DNA of 64,000 nt from Nemertoderma westbladi (Eukaryota > Animalia > Xenacoelomorpha): contig JAUCBJ010008100.1 of NCBI GenBank assembly GCA_032718475.1, positions 1-64,000 of the forward strand. The letters run 5' to 3'. Of the stretch, positions 61,107-64,000 are shown piece after piece. Made by a program: the position numbers and the translations under genes. Below the pieces are notes generated by a model that ran no database searches, was not told the origin of the DNA, and worked only from the letters and a program-made list of their open reading frames with translations. Position 1 is the stretch's first letter. Each line of letters starts with the position of its first letter.

Positions 61107-63203
61107 ATGTCGCTACAAAGTCATGAATCAGGCGGTTCGCCTCACTCAATCACAGATTACTCTGCAAATAAAGAGACTAATGAATACAACAGTGGAACAG
61201 CTACATCTGCTGTGGATAGCGGTGACCTTCTACCCAATGATGTGGGTGCAGGAGTCCATCCAAAAATTGCGCCAGCAAATCAACTATGGTCTACAGACCC
61301 GCTAGAACCAGTGCAACTACGCACCAAGGAAGCCAAAACCTTAACAATACATGATCTATTCACAAAGACTTTGGAGAAAAATGGAAGTGAGCTGGCATTA
61401 CGTACAACAGGTCTGGACACTAAGGTGTGGAGTTACAGTCAGTACTACGATACATCCCGTCGAGCAGCCCGTAGTATGATCCATCTCGGAGTAGAGCCAG
61501 GAATGGGAGTTGGAATCATTGGATTTAACGCACCTCATTGGCTCTTTGCCAACATTGGCGCCATATTCGCAGGGGGTGTATCCGTGGGTTTCTACACAAC
61601 AAACAATGAGGTTACCTGTCAGTTCATAGCCAAAGACAGCCGAACGCGACTGATATTCGTAGACAACGCGGCCCAACTCAAGAAGATACTCGCGATTAGA
61701 AACAATTTGCCACAGTTAAATGCAATAATCATTTGGGACAAGAGTTATGATGTATCCAATGAAACATCTGGGGTTTACACTTGGGATAAATTTATAGGTC
61801 TGGGTGAATATGTTGATGATGAGACTTTGAACAAACGAATAGCCAATCTACGTGTAAATATGTGTTGCTCGATTATCTACACATCTGGCACAACTGGGAA
61901 TCCCAAAGGGGTCATGTTGGCTCATGATAATATCACATGGGCGGCGACTAATACTCCCCGTGAGTTTGGCTTTCTCAATGATGCTCAAGACACTGTTGTG
62001 AGTTACCTGCCACTCAACCACATTGCTGCACAGATGTTGGACATCTACATGACTCTCACAGTGGCAGGGACTGTAGTCTTTGCCCAACCAGATGCATTGA
62101 AGGGGTCACTGGAAGTGACACTCCGTGAGGCTAGACCCACTCTATTTATGGGAGTGCCGCGTGTCTGGGAGAAGATCATGGAAGCAATGTTAGCCAAGGG
62201 CGCACAAGTCTCTGGAATAAAACAACAAGTGGCCAAGCGGGCCAAAACTATTGGTCTGCATGGTAATAGGGACAAACTAGCTGGGAAGCAGCCACCAATG
62301 AAGTTCAGAGTTGCAGAGAAACTGATTTTCAAGAAAATCCGATATAATATGGGGTTGGATCGGTGCCGCTTGTTCCTGACAGGAGCAGCACCAATCTCAC
62401 GAGATGTTGTCGAGTACTTCCTCAGTGTCAACATCCCAATCAATGATGTTTATGGTATGAGTGAGAGCAGTGGGCAGCACTTCAAGTCCCAGTTTCCAGA
62501 CACACCACTAGGGAGCTGTGGACAGACAATGCAGGGAACTGATGCTACTTTACATGTTGGGCCTGAAGGTGATGAACTCTGGCTCAAGGGGCGCAATATA
62601 TTTATGGGTTACATAGGCCAGTCGGAGAAAACAAAAGAGGTACTTGATGAAGATGGGTGGCTGCACACTGGGGATCTCGGAAGAGTCGACGAGAATCAGT
62701 TCTACTACATAACTGGGAGAATCAAAGAGTTAATAATAACAGCTGGGGGGGAGAACATCCCACCGGTAATCATTGAAGAAAACATTAAGGAGCAGCTTCC
62801 TTGCATATCCAATGTGTGTCTTATTGGAGACCAACGTAAATACTTAACGTGTTTATTAACCCTTAAAGTGGAGGTTGATGAAGAAGGGGAACCTTCACAC
62901 GTTCTAACAATGCCAGTTAAGCGCTGGTGTCAGGAGTTGGGAAGCCACGCCAAGACTGTTGATGATGTCAGATCCGGTAGAGACATTAAGGTAAACAGGG
63001 CCATCGACAAGGGGTTGTTAAACGCAAACAAACGGGCTGCCTCTCGGGTTCAGAAGGTTCAGAAATACCGTGTTTTGGCTTGCGATTTCTCAGTGGAAGG
63101 AGGAGAACTCGGTCCTACTCTGAAACTTAAACGTCACTTCATTCATACTAAGTATATAGATGTTATTGAATCCATGTACAGCGAAGATGACACACGATCT
63201 TAA
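61107..63203 (+). CDS. ACSBG: Long-chain-fatty-acid--CoA ligase, ACSBG/bubblegum family, intronless (paralog 2)
   Basis: 698-aa ORF with IIYTSGTTGNPKG, DALKGSL, GVPRVWEK, GWLHTGDLG, ITGRIKELIITAGGENIPPV and ELGPTLKLKR; colinear with paralog 1. Confidence 0.95.
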   Translation: MSLQSHESGGSPHSITDYSANKETNEYNSGTATSAVDSGDLLPNDVGAGVHPKIAPANQLWSTDPLEPVQLRTKEAKTLTIHDLFTKTLEKNGSELALRTTGLDTKVWSYSQYYDTSRRAARSMIHLGVEPGMGVGIIGFNAPHWLFANIGAIFAGGVSVGFYTTNNEVTCQFIAKDSRTRLIFVDNAAQLKKILAIRNNLPQLNAIIIWDKSYDVSNETSGVYTWDKFIGLGEYVDDETLNKRIANLRVNMCCSIIYTSGTTGNPKGVMLAHDNITWAATNTPREFGFLNDAQDTVVSYLPLNHIAAQMLDIYMTLTVAGTVVFAQPDALKGSLEVTLREARPTLFMGVPRVWEKIMEAMLAKGAQVSGIKQQVAKRAKTIGLHGNRDKLAGKQPPMKFRVAEKLIFKKIRYNMGLDRCRLFLTGAAPISRDVVEYFLSVNIPINDVYGMSESSGQHFKSQFPDTPLGSCGQTMQGTDATLHVGPEGDELWLKGRNIFMGYIGQSEKTKEVLDEDGWLHTGDLGRVDENQFYYITGRIKELIITAGGENIPPVIIEENIKEQLPCISNVCLIGDQRKYLTCLLTLKVEVDEEGEPSHVLTMPVKRWCQELGSHAKTVDDVRSGRDIKVNRAIDKGLLNANKRAASRVQKVQKYRVLACDFSVEGGELGPTLKLKRHFIHTKYIDVIESMYSEDDTRS

Positions 63204-64000
63204 ATATATGACTTCACCAGTGAAACTTAAACGAGAGACATAATGGTGATTATCGGAGCCAACAATTAATTGGACAGTAAGCTAATTTTATCATTTTAAA
63301 TGGAAAGTTTTAGAAGGAAAAAAGGTAACTTAAATTGTGATTATCGCGATGTGATTGTCTGAATGGCCAATATATTAGCTCTCGAATGGGCCTTAAATCA
63401 TCATGATTGGACAGCTAGATCCAGAGTTACTATTTATTAGCCAGTTGTAAGACTTGATTACTGTAAGAAAAAAAAGCTTCTGACTACTGACTCGACTACT
63501 ACCTACTATCTACTGACCTAGAGCAAAAAGGCTATAACGATTTTGATGAAATTTTGCATGAACCATTTAAACAGATTTCTAAGGGTACTTGTGAAATCGC
63601 AATTTAAATTAAAACATCTCAACTTGTTTTATTCAACTCAACTTGTCGCTCTATTTTCAGTTGTCTCTATGTTCAGTTGTCTCTATGTTCAAAGTGGAGA
63701 ATTCCTGAGAAATAAGATTTCAAAGATTAGACCGACAGACCGAATGTCGCATACGAGGTAGAGAGAGCTTAGCATATGGGTACCAACCCGTATGCTAAGC
63801 TCGCTTATTCATTTATAAGAATTTATCTTTTATTTATTAACCTATCTCAACTTATACATAGCATAATGAAAAAAAATCATACCCAAAAGAATATAAGTAC
63901 CAATGTAATAAACCAAAATATAACAATATAGAGGGCCATCGATAACTGGATACAAACTAAAACGGTAAGAAAATATCAATAAGAACAAAAAACGGAATAA

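Overview
AT-rich eukaryotic (probably invertebrate animal) DNA made mostly of transposable elements, lying between two intronless paralogous long-chain acyl-CoA synthetase genes of the ACSBG/bubblegum type (13752-15854 and 61107-63203). The paralogs arose by a DNA-level duplication that also copied upstream sequence. The centre is a nested stack. A hAT transposase is split by a minus-strand BEL/Pao LTR retrotransposon (22705-55203, TSD ATGCC, about 18.5 kb without nested inserts). That element holds a related non-autonomous plus-strand BEL element (25529-36853, TSD ATAGG), a piggyBac-type non-autonomous element and a Sola1-like MITE. Two features of this BEL lineage stand out. (1) Neither element has a tRNA primer-binding site. 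The 10-11 nt right after each 5' LTR are instead complementary to a homologous site inside the element's own LTR, with compensatory changes between the two elements, which points to Tf1-like self-priming. (2) After pol there is a large third ORF (about 1400 codons, now disrupted) that is not env-like and carries DEDDy 3'-5' exonuclease motifs plus CCHC zinc knuckles. The left part holds a 21-bp minisatellite tied to RTE 3' tails, CRE-like retrotransposons, a Sola-like transposase fragment, an IS3EU-like MITE and older LTR remnants of the same BEL lineage. All comparisons were made by eye; no searches were run.
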